Shown: in pieces, positions 9,554-23,560 of the stretch | Layout of the letters: every line of letters starts with the position of its first letter | Position numbering within the stretch: position 1 is the stretch's first letter | Assembly (NCBI GenBank): GCA_016839585.1 | Contig: JAEOTZ010000001.1 | Coordinates: forward strand, 3,076 to 67,075 | Length of the DNA stretch: 64,000 nt | Origin: Promethearchaeota archaeon | GTDB lineage: Archaea > Asgardarchaeota > Lokiarchaeia > Sigyniarchaeales > SOKP01 | Direction of reading: 5' to 3' | Translations under genes and position numbers: made by a program | The notes under the pieces: generated by a model | The model's database searches: none | Seen by the model: the letters and a program-made list of their open reading frames with translations, nothing else | What the model was told of the DNA's origin: nothing

Positions 9554-10981
9554 TTAAACTTTTAATTTCTTTTCTTCATGAATTTTTTGAAGATCTTCCT
9601 TTACTTTTATTAATCTTTCACCATCTAAAGGGTATTTATAAATTGACAAGATAGCGATTCCCAATGCGACAGCTGGATAAACAAACATTAAGATTCTAAG
9701 TCCTAACTGAACTTCTACAGATGCAGGAAGAGTAAATACCTCCCAATCGGCAATAATGAAAACAGGGCCAATACTAAGAAAAACAACAATAATTGCTAAT
9801 CTTAAGAAAAAAGCATTTATACCATAATACCCCGCTTCTCTACGTGTTCCTGTATTTACTTCATCCTCATCAACAATATCAGCAATAATCAAATCGATAA
9901 TGTAAAGAGACCCTGATAATCCAAGACCAATAAAAAAGAAAACTATCATTGCAAAAATTTCCATATTTTCTCCAAGAAACATTAATGGCAAAAGCGTTAA
10001 TATCCATATTGACATCGATAGAATCCAAGCTCTTCTATTTCCCATCTTTCTAACAACTGGTTTCCATAAAATGGTGATAAAAATAGCAGATGAGAGAAAT
10101 GTACAACCTAACAGAACTGATATCAAACGGGCATCTACCATACCTAATACTGCCTTTGCATAAAGTGGAACCAACGTAGGTAAAATTCCGTACACAAACC
10201 AATTTGCAACTTCGGCGGGAATATACCACATGAAAGATTTACTTTTCACACACATTTTAATAGAGTTAAAGAATCCCGGTGCGCTTTTGTAATCTTCTTT
10301 GAATTCAGCTTTTTCTCGAGGGGTAAATTTTATGAAAACACCTCCTATTAAAATAACGATTATACCTAATACTATTCCAAAGATTTGATATTCCCCTAAA
10401 GCTTTTGACGAAGGATCTGAATAATCTTCTATAAATAAACTTGGTAAAATAAATGCCACTACTAAACCTAAAATAAGAAAGACCTGTCTTACGTTATTTG
10501 CTTTGGTTCTATCATCCTTGGAAATAAAAGTTTCTGGAAATAAGGATGTAGCGTTAAGGCTAAACATTGTATAAAAGAGTTCAAATAGTATTATTATAAT
10601 CATGAAATAAGTGAAATTCCCTAATTGATTTTCCACACCTATTGGTAATGGTGGTGTAAACAATAAAAATAAAATTACTCCCAGAGGTATAATAGCAATC
10701 ATAATATAAGGTAATCGCCGTCCGAATTTAGTATGTGTTCTATCTGATAAATATCCTAACATAGGGTCGTTAAAACTATTCCAAAGTGCCCATATTATAA
10801 ATCCAACAGTAATTAGAGTAATTTCTAGTTGAACTACAGCAAAATAGAATGTAAACACTAGAAAAGTAAAGGATTGATACGCACCTTGATCCGCTATCTG
10901 TCCAGTAGCATAACTAACGGCTTTTTTAAAAGTATAGCCTTCAGTATTTTCCTTTTTTTTCTTGCTCATATTAAGTTCCAA
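9554..10981 (-). CDS. MFS transporter, glycoside-pentoside-hexuronide (GPH) symporter-like
   Basis: About 12 predicted TM segments. N-terminal YATGQIADQ and LGYLSDRTHTKFGRRLPY loop are typical of GPH/MelB-like carriers. Confidence 0.7.
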   Translation of the reverse strand: MELNMSKKKKENTEGYTFKKAVSYATGQIADQGAYQSFTFLVFTFYFAVVQLEITLITVGFIIWALWNSFNDPMLGYLSDRTHTKFGRRLPYIMIAIIPLGVILFLLFTPPLPIGVENQLGNFTYFMIIIILFELFYTMFSLNATSLFPETFISKDDRTKANNVRQVFLILGLVVAFILPSLFIEDYSDPSSKALGEYQIFGIVLGIIVILIGGVFIKFTPREKAEFKEDYKSAPGFFNSIKMCVKSKSFMWYIPAEVANWFVYGILPTLVPLYAKAVLGMVDARLISVLLGCTFLSSAIFITILWKPVVRKMGNRRAWILSMSIWILTLLPLMFLGENMEIFAMIVFFFIGLGLSGSLYIIDLIIADIVDEDEVNTGTRREAGYYGINAFFLRLAIIVVFLSIGPVFIIADWEVFTLPASVEVQLGLRILMFVYPAVALGIAILSIYKYPLDGERLIKVKEDLQKIHEEKKLKV

Positions 10982-11151
10982 AATAATTTTTTAAATTGAT
11001 AATACTTCTTTTTTGTTCCTAATAAACTTTTAATTTACATCAATCATGAAGAAAACAATTTATTATTTTAAACGATTAGTCTGAATATAAGCAAAAATAA
11101 ATATGATTTAACTCCTTAAATAATATATCTAAATAAAAGCCATTAAAAGAT

Positions 11152-12600
11152 ATGTCTGAAATGGATTTACAAAAGCTATTCAAACCAAAATCAATGGCAA
11201 TAGTAGGGATCTCAAAAAAAAATCCATTGAGTCCCGGTCGAATTGTGTTATTGAAGAATGAATTTGAAATGAACGTTAAAGTTTATGGTATCTATCCTAC
11301 GGGAGGGGAAATCGAAGGGATAAAACTATATGAAAGATTAGACAAACTTCCTGAAATACCTGACCTTTTAGTTATTGCGGTAAATGCAAATGATACAATA
11401 GGATATATACAAGATTGCGCTGATCTAGGAATTCCTTCAAGTGTTATAATAGGAGGGGGATTCGCTGAAGTAGGAGGGGAAGGGTTGGAACGTCAAAAAA
11501 AATTGGAAAAAATAGCATTTGATAATGATATTGCAGTACTTGGACCTAATTGTCTTGGTGTTTATGCTCCTCCTTTGGTAGACACAATATTTCTACCCAC
11601 TGAACGACTTACTAAACCTCCAAAGGGTTCTGTTGCATTAATAAGCCAATCTGGGGGTGTTCTTGTAGATCAATTTTTCAATAAATTCTATGAGAGAAAT
11701 ATAGGAGTATCTACTGCAGTTTCTATAGGAAATCGAGCAGTAGTGGATGAATCTATGTTATTAGAATATTTTTCAAAAGTAGATAAAGATACAACAAATA
11801 TTGCATTTTATTTAGAGGGTTTTAAAGAAGGAAAAGCTAAAAAATTTGCACAATTGGTAAAAGAATCAGAGGATACCGTAATTGTTTTTTATGGAGGGAA
11901 AACAAAAGAAGGTAAAGTGGCAACTAAATCCCATACAGCAAGTCTCGCAGGGAATTATGAAATCATTTATAATGCTTTGAGACAAAATTTTGTTATTCAA
12001 CCTCATTCTGAGAGAGAATTATTAACCTGTCTAAAAGTATATGATGTATTATCAAAGCGTAGAAACCCATTTGGGAAAAGTGTGGTAACTTTTGGTAATG
12101 TAGTAATAGTCTCTGGATCTGGAGGACATGGAGTTATAGCAAGTGACATGTTAAAAAAATATGGGTTGAATGCTGTTCAATTAACAGATGAAGAAAAAGA
12201 ACATCTTAAATCTCTTACAAGTCTAACAGCACGTGAAATTGCTTCATTCAATAATCCAATTGATTTAACAGGTTCAGTATTGGATACCGATATTGAAAAT
12301 GTAGTTAGATATTTATCTGATATAGAAAGGATTGAATGTATTATTTTATTGATACTTCCATATCCACCAAATATTTCTTTTCAAGTAGGAAGACGTATTG
12401 CGAATGTTGTATTATCTAAAAGAAAACCAGTTGTGTGCTTTATACCTTACATCCCAAAATATTCCTTAATAATAGAATCTTTAGAACTAGCAAATATTCC
12501 TGTTTTTCATTCCATTAAAGAGACAGTTCAAGCAGTTTCTGCTCTTAAACAAAGGACAAGGATAAGGAATGTAAAGCAAGGGAATATCTATTGGGAGTGA
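11152..12600 (+). CDS. CoA-binding, ADP-forming acyl-CoA synthetase alpha-like protein
   Basis: LFKPKSMAIVGISKK CoA-binding opening, GPNCLG, SQSGG and a conserved His region (KSHTASLAG). Confidence 0.7.
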   Translation: MSEMDLQKLFKPKSMAIVGISKKNPLSPGRIVLLKNEFEMNVKVYGIYPTGGEIEGIKLYERLDKLPEIPDLLVIAVNANDTIGYIQDCADLGIPSSVIIGGGFAEVGGEGLERQKKLEKIAFDNDIAVLGPNCLGVYAPPLVDTIFLPTERLTKPPKGSVALISQSGGVLVDQFFNKFYERNIGVSTAVSIGNRAVVDESMLLEYFSKVDKDTTNIAFYLEGFKEGKAKKFAQLVKESEDTVIVFYGGKTKEGKVATKSHTASLAGNYEIIYNALRQNFVIQPHSERELLTCLKVYDVLSKRRNPFGKSVVTFGNVVIVSGSGGHGVIASDMLKKYGLNAVQLTDEEKEHLKSLTSLTAREIASFNNPIDLTGSVLDTDIENVVRYLSDIERIECIILLILPYPPNISFQVGRRIANVVLSKRKPVVCFIPYIPKYSLIIESLELANIPVFHSIKETVQAVSALKQRTRIRNVKQGNIYWE

Positions 12601-12621
12601 AATTTAACACCTTAAGCATAT

Positions 12622-13437
12622 TTAAGTAACATCAATCAATTTATCTATCCGTTTTATAACTTTTCTTACGTAGTGCTCATCATCAATAGTTAGCTCAATT
12701 GCATTTTGAGGACAAATACTAACACACCTACCACATCCTTTACACATATCGCTTATAACAGCATGATTATCTACTAACGTTATGGCACCAACGAAACAAA
12801 CTCCTTTTAAACATGTTCCACATCCAATACACTTATCTGTTACTTTTACATTTACTCCAGGGATTTTATTTACCTTAGATCCTATTTTAGGGCTTACAAT
12901 TGGTAATATACGCCATAAACAACAACAAGGACAACAATTACATATACTTAGAAGTTTTTCACCTGGTTTAACACCTAGCCATTGGGCATCTAATTTATTT
13001 CTTCCAACCATATGAACTAATCCCGCTTCCCGACACTTATTTAAATGTTCCAAAGCCTCTTCTTTAGACACCTGTCTTCCAAGTTGTGGATTAATATCAA
13101 GTACAGCATCTCCAAGAAAAAGGCAACCTAAATTATGAGGATAATCCTTACATTCCATACTTGTTCTACAAATACAAAAATCCATTATCCAATGGTGTTT
13201 TGCTTTTTTAATGAAATATTCCAATACTTGTGAAGGTAAGACATATTCAGAATATTCTTCTAACTCTCTATCCACCTTTATAACTTTATCTTGAGGTAGA
13301 TATATTATATCATCACCCTTAAAGAGGAGTAGATCAAATAAAGTACCTAAAATAGGGATATGTGTCAATTTAGCAATTAATTTAATATTTGGAAAGGTTT
13401 TTTTTATCAATTCTACAAACCATAGTGGACGTGCCAT
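12622..13437 (-). CDS. Fe-S protein with C-terminal 2x[4Fe-4S] ferredoxin domain
   Basis: CIGCGTCLKGVC and CKGCGRCVSICP, plus a CNCCPCCC cluster. The N-terminal domain was not recognised. Confidence 0.5.
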   Translation of the reverse strand: MARPLWFVELIKKTFPNIKLIAKLTHIPILGTLFDLLLFKGDDIIYLPQDKVIKVDRELEEYSEYVLPSQVLEYFIKKAKHHWIMDFCICRTSMECKDYPHNLGCLFLGDAVLDINPQLGRQVSKEEALEHLNKCREAGLVHMVGRNKLDAQWLGVKPGEKLLSICNCCPCCCLWRILPIVSPKIGSKVNKIPGVNVKVTDKCIGCGTCLKGVCFVGAITLVDNHAVISDMCKGCGRCVSICPQNAIELTIDDEHYVRKVIKRIDKLIDVT

Positions 13438-13519
13438 TTCAATATCACTTTTTTTGAAGTTCTTCTACTTTAAAAACTGTAATCATTTTAATGGTAAATA
13501 AAATCTCATTTGTTAAATA

Positions 13520-14962
13520 TTATTTTTGATTTTTTATTGAACTTTGTCCATACCAATCTACAGATTCGTTTAATGTCATTGAATAACTCATTAAGAGTTC
13601 TCCTTTAGCATCAATCTCAATTTTTTTAAAAAAATCATTGCATAAATCAGGATTATCTTCAGCAATATTATCATTCCACTCTGGATCCTTAGATAAATCA
13701 AATAATTTCTGTTCACTTCTATTATTTGCTGTAATGAAAGCATAATTGTCGTCTTTATATAGTGTGGATAAATGAAATCCACAGGTTATATAATCACGTC
13801 CTTCTAATAATTGGTCATTTCCAGTGATAAATAGTGAAAGATCTAAACCTTCAAATATATCTGGTTTATTTTTTTCTAAGAATCCAAATATGGTTGGTAA
13901 AATGTCATGGTTATACACATAAGATTTCTTTATTCTTTTCGGACCATTTATACCACCTGGAGGTTTAATCATAAAAGGGATGTCTACCAGTTCAGGATAT
14001 AAATACATAGGAATTTTACCAGTTGCATTATGCTCCCCTATGCTGTGACCATGATCACTAATGAAAATAATTAAAGAGTCATCATATATTTCAAGGTTCT
14101 TTAGTTCTTCAATAAAGTAACCAAACCAATTATCACATAGGGATACTTCTCCAGCATAAGAAGCCCTCATATATTTTAATTCCCCTTCAGTTAGATATTT
14201 CAAATTTATACTATAAAATGGTGTAATGACTTTCTTTCCAGTATAATTCTTATCGACATAAAGATCAAGATATTTCTGAGGAGGGTCCCAGGGTTCATGC
14301 GGATCAAACTCATCAATAACACAAAAAGCATTTTCTAGTGATATTGTATCTTTGACAAATTCAAGCGCCTTTTTAAAAGTCTGACCTGGAAAATATTGAC
14401 TCTCATCTTCTCTATCTTGTATATTACTGAGATAGCTTCTTAACATTAATTTTTGATATCGTTGAGCAATCATCTTTCTTTTAGTTGTAATATGTTCCTC
14501 AATATTCTGTTTACTTTCTGTGGAATCCCCTCTAAACCATACTCTATATTTGTCAAATTCATGTCCCCGAATATAATTAAACTGATCAAAGCCAAGCTGA
14601 AAGTTCATATTTGGTTTGAATTGATGATATGTACTGGTAATAAAGACTGAAATGTATTTGTCATCTTTCAAATATTCAACCATGTGACGCTGGTTAGGTG
14701 GTACAGGCGCCCATCCCGGGTCGTCTACAATATCATCAGTCCGAAGTAAAGGTTTTTTATGATTAAAAGGAAAGGTTCGAATCCCTGTATGAATTGATCT
14801 TCGAACTGGAATTGTAGGTAATGATTCTGGATATGCTTTTTCAAATACCAGTGAATCTCTTGCAAACTTATCAAAATTGGGGGTCTTGATCCAACTATTA
14901 CCATATGTTTTTCCAGTATGGTCCTTCCTTAGGGTATCAAAAATAATAACAAAAATTTTCAT
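13520..14962 (-). CDS. Sulfatase-family (alkaline-phosphatase superfamily) hydrolase with Thr at the nucleophile position
   Basis: IIFDTLRKDH metal site. LPTIPVRRSIHTG aligns to the sulfatase signature (C/S)xPxRxxxxTG with T in place of C/S. FISDHGH is also present. Confidence 0.7.
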   Translation of the reverse strand: MKIFVIIFDTLRKDHTGKTYGNSWIKTPNFDKFARDSLVFEKAYPESLPTIPVRRSIHTGIRTFPFNHKKPLLRTDDIVDDPGWAPVPPNQRHMVEYLKDDKYISVFITSTYHQFKPNMNFQLGFDQFNYIRGHEFDKYRVWFRGDSTESKQNIEEHITTKRKMIAQRYQKLMLRSYLSNIQDREDESQYFPGQTFKKALEFVKDTISLENAFCVIDEFDPHEPWDPPQKYLDLYVDKNYTGKKVITPFYSINLKYLTEGELKYMRASYAGEVSLCDNWFGYFIEELKNLEIYDDSLIIFISDHGHSIGEHNATGKIPMYLYPELVDIPFMIKPPGGINGPKRIKKSYVYNHDILPTIFGFLEKNKPDIFEGLDLSLFITGNDQLLEGRDYITCGFHLSTLYKDDNYAFITANNRSEQKLFDLSKDPEWNDNIAEDNPDLCNDFFKKIEIDAKGELLMSYSMTLNESVDWYGQSSIKNQK

Positions 14963-15051
14963 TAATCTTACTCCATACTTTGTAATTTAAATTTAGGTTT
15001 AATCTTATTTAAGTATATAAAAATAAGCGAATTCCTTTCATTTTTTAAATT

Positions 15052-15948
15052 TTATTCAATTATTTCAATTGCAGCTTGCCTTTTTCCTAATATAAATCCA
15101 CTAATTATAATAAGCACTATACCCCCTAAAATAAAATAAGGAGAGAAGATTTTTGGTGGATCAGTTAAAAAAACACTAAAATAAAGAAAAATTGGTGTAA
15201 TTTGTATTGGAATCTGCTGAATAGGCACAATTTTGCTAGCATCCCCATATTTAAAAGCTTCTTGAACAAAAGCTATACCCGCGAAACTAGTAGGAGCTAC
15301 CAATATGGTTGATATAATAAAAATTATAAAATCTAGTGAATCCCCTTTACCTCCAAAAACATTTATCATAGAAATAGTAAAAGGTTGCATCCAGCTATTT
15401 CCAATTGCAAATGGAAGTCCTGCTGATAATGCTAAAAAAATTGTTTTTCCTCTATAATCTCTCTTTCCAGCCATACGCGATACCATCCATAAAATACATA
15501 AAATGCTTGTAAAAATTGTAATCCTAACATTAAAACTGGTATCAAGAAAGTAATCAATATCACCCTCAATTGATAACTCACTCAATCCAATTAATAAAAT
15601 ACCAATAATTAAGATACCAATACCTATAAATTCCAAATTCTTTAGATCTTCTCCAATTATCTTAATTGATCCAATCACAAGTACAACTAAACCAATAGCG
15701 GCTAACCCAGGGACTAACGCACCTCCAATCATAGCTTGAGCTAAGAGGAAGCAAACCGCACTGAAAACTACTATACAAATCAAACCTAGTATCCAAATAG
15801 GATTTCTTATTAGAGTCCTCATGAATCTCTCTTCTCTTGATTCTTTAGGAATTTCATTTACTACTTTTTTTTGAAGGACCACTCCAAAACTGTTTACTGC
15901 CCCTCCTAGAATTGCTAGAATAACCCCAAATACATAATTTTCAGCCAT
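15052..15948 (-). CDS. Polytopic membrane protein (DMT/NIPA-like transporter?)
   Basis: About 9 hydrophobic helices and Gly-rich TM segments. No firm family signature was read. Confidence 0.35.
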   Translation of the reverse strand: MAENYVFGVILAILGGAVNSFGVVLQKKVVNEIPKESREERFMRTLIRNPIWILGLICIVVFSAVCFLLAQAMIGGALVPGLAAIGLVVLVIGSIKIIGEDLKNLEFIGIGILIIGILLIGLSELSIEGDIDYFLDTSFNVRITIFTSILCILWMVSRMAGKRDYRGKTIFLALSAGLPFAIGNSWMQPFTISMINVFGGKGDSLDFIIFIISTILVAPTSFAGIAFVQEAFKYGDASKIVPIQQIPIQITPIFLYFSVFLTDPPKIFSPYFILGGIVLIIISGFILGKRQAAIEIIE

Positions 15949-15981
15949 AATATCACCCAGAGATTTTAAAATAGCATAAAC

Positions 15982-19233
<3,252 letters not shown>

Positions 19234-19295
19234 TTAAATAAACTTAATGTTAAATTAAGTTTAATAAATATTGTTTAATACTAAATTGATATATT

Positions 19296-20258
19296 ATGAA
19301 TGTTAACATTGAATTACTAAAAGAATTTGAAAAGACAATAGATACTATTCATCCAGAAAAAGGTAAAATACCCATTAAAATATTAGGATTTGGAGAAATC
19401 AGTTTAGTTTTTAAGATTCTCGATGATCCATTGAATTTAGCATATAAGAGAATTCCAATTTTTTATAATGAGAAAGAAGTGAGAAGACATGTCTGGGCTT
19501 ATGATGAATATTGCAGAATTCTTGGAAAAGAAATTGGATTTAATTTACCTAACCATGGTATAGTATGGTTTAAAGATGAAATAGGTGAAATCAAATTTTA
19601 CTGTACACAACAAATAGTTGATCCAGAAGCAGTTGGAAATAAAGTCATTCATAACGTGAGTGATGATAAAATAGAAATCCTAATTCTTCTTGTAATGAGA
19701 GAAATGAAAAAAGTATGGGATTTTAATAGAAACAATGAAAATATAGATCTCGGATTAGATGGACAAATTTCTAATTTTGTGGTCGCTGATTATGATGCTA
19801 CCAGCCCAAATGTAAATGAAAATTCTAAATTATTATATTTAGATACCAGTACTCCATTATTTCGCAAACAAAGCGTGGAGGCTATGGAAGCTGAATTGTT
19901 ACTTAGAAGTGCACCTTCATTTTTAAGATTTATTTTAAAAACTTTGTTTGTACAAGAAGTTCTTGATCGTTATTATGATTGGAGGTTAGTAACAATCGAC
20001 TTAATTGCTAACTTCTTTAAAGAACAAAAACAAGAAATCATTCCAAGGATAATTAAAAGAGTAAACAGATTTTTCAATGAGGAAGCTAAAGAGTTTGAAA
20101 TTGAACCAATTACATTAGAAGAAGTAGAGAAATATTATAAAAATGATAAAATGATATGGACCATATTTCAAAATGCAAGAAGATTTGACAGATTCATTAA
20201 AACAAAATTATTTAGAAAAAAATATGATTTTTATCTCCCAGAGAAAATTAAGCGTTAA
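19296..20258 (+). CDS. Hypothetical protein, possibly protein-kinase-like fold
   Basis: GFGEISLVF (Gly-rich loop-like), AYKRIP (Lys), LDGQISN (D-x4-N) and YLDTS (DFG-like). Pattern match only. Confidence 0.3.
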   Translation: MNVNIELLKEFEKTIDTIHPEKGKIPIKILGFGEISLVFKILDDPLNLAYKRIPIFYNEKEVRRHVWAYDEYCRILGKEIGFNLPNHGIVWFKDEIGEIKFYCTQQIVDPEAVGNKVIHNVSDDKIEILILLVMREMKKVWDFNRNNENIDLGLDGQISNFVVADYDATSPNVNENSKLLYLDTSTPLFRKQSVEAMEAELLLRSAPSFLRFILKTLFVQEVLDRYYDWRLVTIDLIANFFKEQKQEIIPRIIKRVNRFFNEEAKEFEIEPITLEEVEKYYKNDKMIWTIFQNARRFDRFIKTKLFRKKYDFYLPEKIKR

Positions 20259-20290
20259 AAATTGAAATTAAATTATTACCAATAATAAAT

Positions 20291-21424
20291 ATGGCTTATT
20301 TACCTAAGGTCTATTTTACTTCAAAAGTATTTACCGTAGAAAAAATTGGTTCTAATGAAAAAATTAGCAAAAATATTCGTGATGTCATTAAGAATCTATG
20401 GCAAAAATTAAATGAAGTTGCTGAGTTTAAAATTTTCAATGGAAGGAATCCAACAAAAGACCAACTACAAAATGAAATTTCAAATTTCACTCCTCATATT
20501 ATCGGATGTCATTTAGCTCATACAATCACAGCTGAAATGCTTGAAAGTTCACCAGTTTTTGCAATAGCTACCTCAACAGCAGGATACAATCATATTGAAA
20601 GAACAGAAAAGGATGATATCATTATAAATCATACTCCAGGGGTCCTTTATGACACAGTTGCTGATTATACTATAGCTTTAATTATGGCTAATTTACGAAA
20701 TTTAATTGATCTCCATATATCCGTTTGGAATGGAGAGTGGACAGCAAAAAGTAAATGGGATTTAGATCAAACCTTATCATCTGTTATTACAAATAAAATA
20801 TTAGGAATTGTAGGATTAGGTGAGATTGGTAAAGAAGTGGTTAAAAAATTGTATCCTTGGGGAGTAAAAATTATGTATTATGATATTAAGCGAATGAAAG
20901 AATTTGAAAAGGATTTTCCTTTGCTTGAATTTAAAGAGAACCTAGAAGATATCTTTCAGGAAGCAGATATCGTTAGTCTTCACATTCCATTAAATAAACA
21001 TACGGAAAAACTAGTTAATCGAGACTTATTGAAACTAATGAAAAAAAATGCTTTACTAGTAAATACTGCACGAGGTCCCGTAGTAGATTTAGAAATTTTG
21101 CTTGATATGTTAGAAAACAATGAAATTCAAATAAATATAGCTTTTGATGTTTATCCAATAGAACCACTAGATTCTAAGACTTTTAAACGATTGAAAAAGA
21201 TCAAAAAAAATCAGCCTGAAATTAGAATGATATTAATGCCTCATAATGCTTCGGCTGATGCAGATACAAGAGGTAAAATGAATATAATGTTCCTACAAGA
21301 TATAATAAAAATTATAAAGTCATCTTCTTTAGAAGACCTAGATGAAATTCATATTATTCCCGAACATAGAAAACAGATAACTGATAAACAATGGAGAATT
21401 TTTAAATATTGGGAGAAAAAATGA
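20291..21424 (+). CDS. D-isomer-specific 2-hydroxyacid dehydrogenase family protein
   Basis: GIVGLGEIGKEV NAD site, NTARGPVVD, DVYPIEP and MPHNASA. Confidence 0.8.
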   Translation: MAYLPKVYFTSKVFTVEKIGSNEKISKNIRDVIKNLWQKLNEVAEFKIFNGRNPTKDQLQNEISNFTPHIIGCHLAHTITAEMLESSPVFAIATSTAGYNHIERTEKDDIIINHTPGVLYDTVADYTIALIMANLRNLIDLHISVWNGEWTAKSKWDLDQTLSSVITNKILGIVGLGEIGKEVVKKLYPWGVKIMYYDIKRMKEFEKDFPLLEFKENLEDIFQEADIVSLHIPLNKHTEKLVNRDLLKLMKKNALLVNTARGPVVDLEILLDMLENNEIQINIAFDVYPIEPLDSKTFKRLKKIKKNQPEIRMILMPHNASADADTRGKMNIMFLQDIIKIIKSSSLEDLDEIHIIPEHRKQITDKQWRIFKYWEKK

Positions 21425-21993
21425 TAAGATCATTTATCGCAATTGAATTAAGTGATAAAGAGACTATTGAGAATATTACTACTTTTGCTTCTCGTTTAAG
21501 GCAGAATCAACCAAAACTCAAAATAGTCGAACCTAAAAATTTACATATGACCGTAAAATTCTTAGGAAATATCCCTGAAACTGTGGCACCAAAAGTCTAC
21601 AATATCTTACAAAAAGAAGTTAATGAGACACATTTTCAAAGCAAATCCTTTAAATACTATTTAAGAGGAGTAGGACAATTCAATAAATTTTCAGTTTTAT
21701 GGGTAAAACTTGTAGGTGATATTCAATTCTTACAAAATATTAAGGATTCTGTTGAAAATTTATTATTTGAAAGATTAAAAATTGATCGGGATAAAAGAGC
21801 ACAATTCAAACCTCATTTAACTGTTGGAAGATTAAGGAGAGATAAGATCAATTACAAAGCATTTGACACTCTTAAGAAATTAATAAATGAGAATAAAACT
21901 AAGGAATTTGGAGAATTTAATATTGACCAAATCAAACTTAAAAAGTCAGAACTGACCCAGAAAGGTCCTATTTACACAGACTTAATTTTTTAA
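21421..21993 (+). CDS. thpR: RNA 2',3'-cyclic phosphodiesterase (2H phosphoesterase, ThpR/LigT family)
   Basis: Two HxT motifs (HMTVKF, HLTVGR). I prefer the ATG at 21421 (GGGAG 6-10 nt upstream, ATGA overlap with the upstream stop) over the TTG at 21409 in the track. Confidence 0.8.
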   Translation: MIRSFIAIELSDKETIENITTFASRLRQNQPKLKIVEPKNLHMTVKFLGNIPETVAPKVYNILQKEVNETHFQSKSFKYYLRGVGQFNKFSVLWVKLVGDIQFLQNIKDSVENLLFERLKIDRDKRAQFKPHLTVGRLRRDKINYKAFDTLKKLINENKTKEFGEFNIDQIKLKKSELTQKGPIYTDLIF

Positions 21994-21999
21994 CTGAAA

Positions 22000-22686
22000 A
22001 TGACGATTAAGGCAATTGTTTGGGATTTGGATGGAACTCTTATCCATTTTAAAATTGATTATTTAAAAGCACGTCAAGTAGCTATTAAAATTTTAAAAAA
22101 GTATGGTGTCCCTAAAAATCTTCTTACTGTGGAATATTCCATTTTAGAGAATGTTTCAAGTGCAAGAGATTTTTTTCAAAAAAAGGGATTTTCTAGTGAA
22201 AAAGTAAATGCTATAATAGCGGAAGTAGATAAAGAGATAACAGAAATCGAATATGAAGCTGCTGTGAATGCATCAATGATTAATGGGATTGATCAGGTAC
22301 TAAAATTTACTAAATCTAAAAATCTAAAACAAGCTATTTTTACATTTAATACAAAAAAAAATGCAAAAATATCACTTGAAAAAGTCATGTTATTAGGATT
22401 TTTTGTATTAATAGTAGGACGAGATAATATTTCAAATCTAAAACCACATCCCGATCATCTAAGATTCATATGTAATAAACTAAACGTTGAACCAGATGAA
22501 ATTGTGGTTATTGGAGATTCTGATCGTGATATAGAAGCAGCTATCAATGTTGGAGCTCACTCCATTGCTTTAAATACTAAAAGATCTAATTTCCATAAGC
22601 AAGAAACTTTTGAAAAAGCAGATAAAATTATTGAACTTAATGAAATTCCTTCAAAATTAATAAACGCTATTGAAGAACTTTTATAA
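22000..22686 (+). CDS. HAD-superfamily hydrolase
   Basis: VWDLDGTL motif I, FTFNTK motif II-like, GDSDRD motif IV. Confidence 0.75.
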   Translation: MTIKAIVWDLDGTLIHFKIDYLKARQVAIKILKKYGVPKNLLTVEYSILENVSSARDFFQKKGFSSEKVNAIIAEVDKEITEIEYEAAVNASMINGIDQVLKFTKSKNLKQAIFTFNTKKNAKISLEKVMLLGFFVLIVGRDNISNLKPHPDHLRFICNKLNVEPDEIVVIGDSDRDIEAAINVGAHSIALNTKRSNFHKQETFEKADKIIELNEIPSKLINAIEELL

Positions 22687-22782
22687 ATAAACAAAAAATT
22701 ATAAGTATTTACTAAATTAATATTGATAAAGTTTAAAAATATCAAATTAGATTAATAAAACTAAAAGGTTTAAAATAAAATA

Positions 22783-23037
22783 ATGAAAGTTGCCTACTAT
22801 TTAGATATTTTAAAGCCCCATATGCCTTCTCTTGATTTAGTTGCTCGGAAATTAATGGAAATTGAAGGCATGAAAAATGTGCGAATCAAAGTTGATGAAT
22901 TAGATCAAAAAACAGCTTCTTTACATATTAGTGTTGAGGGAAATGATATTTCATTAGAAACGGTAACTGAAGTTTTAAGTAGTATGAATTGCGCATTGCA
23001 TTCAGTTGACGAGGTTATATATGAACATAAGGAATAA
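22783..23037 (+). CDS. DUF211-like small archaeal protein
   Basis: 84 aa. LDILKPH...L...GV..V.I pattern typical of the DUF211 family. Confidence 0.45.
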   Translation: MKVAYYLDILKPHMPSLDLVARKLMEIEGMKNVRIKVDELDQKTASLHISVEGNDISLETVTEVLSSMNCALHSVDEVIYEHKE

Positions 23038-23144
23038 ATGAAATATTTTTTTATCATTATTTTTTACCAATAACACCTCAACCAAAATATTATTAATCAC
23101 TTACACTAATTTTAATCTAAATAAGAAAAATATTATTAATTAAA

Positions 23145-23498
23145 ATGTCAGCTCCAAATGTAGTTAAGGTCCTTCAAGAACACGGAGAAATTAACGATGA
23201 GTTAGATTATGCAATTATGACTTACTTACTAAGAAATAGAGGAACAGGCTATACTGCTTGTCAACCCCAATTAGTTGAATTAGAAGGAAATAAACAAGCA
23301 ATTAAAATGGATATTGACCAAACTTTTATTGATAAAGAAAATCAACTGATGGGTTTAGGTATAGTAGGTAATATATTTATCGACGTAGGATCTTTGCAAG
23401 TAATATATTGTACTCCAAATGAAGAATTGGAAAATAATATTGAAAAATTGAAGAATGCTGGCATTCAACCTCAACCTAGACCACGAGGAAAGTATTGA
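23145..23498 (+). CDS. Hypothetical protein
   Basis: Clean 117-aa ORF with no recognised motif. Confidence 0.35.
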   Translation: MSAPNVVKVLQEHGEINDELDYAIMTYLLRNRGTGYTACQPQLVELEGNKQAIKMDIDQTFIDKENQLMGLGIVGNIFIDVGSLQVIYCTPNEELENNIEKLKNAGIQPQPRPRGKY

Positions 23499-23560
23499 AA
23501 AAACGAATTTTCGTGAAAAAATTAAATTAATCAATTAATTTTTTAATTTATTGATAAAAA

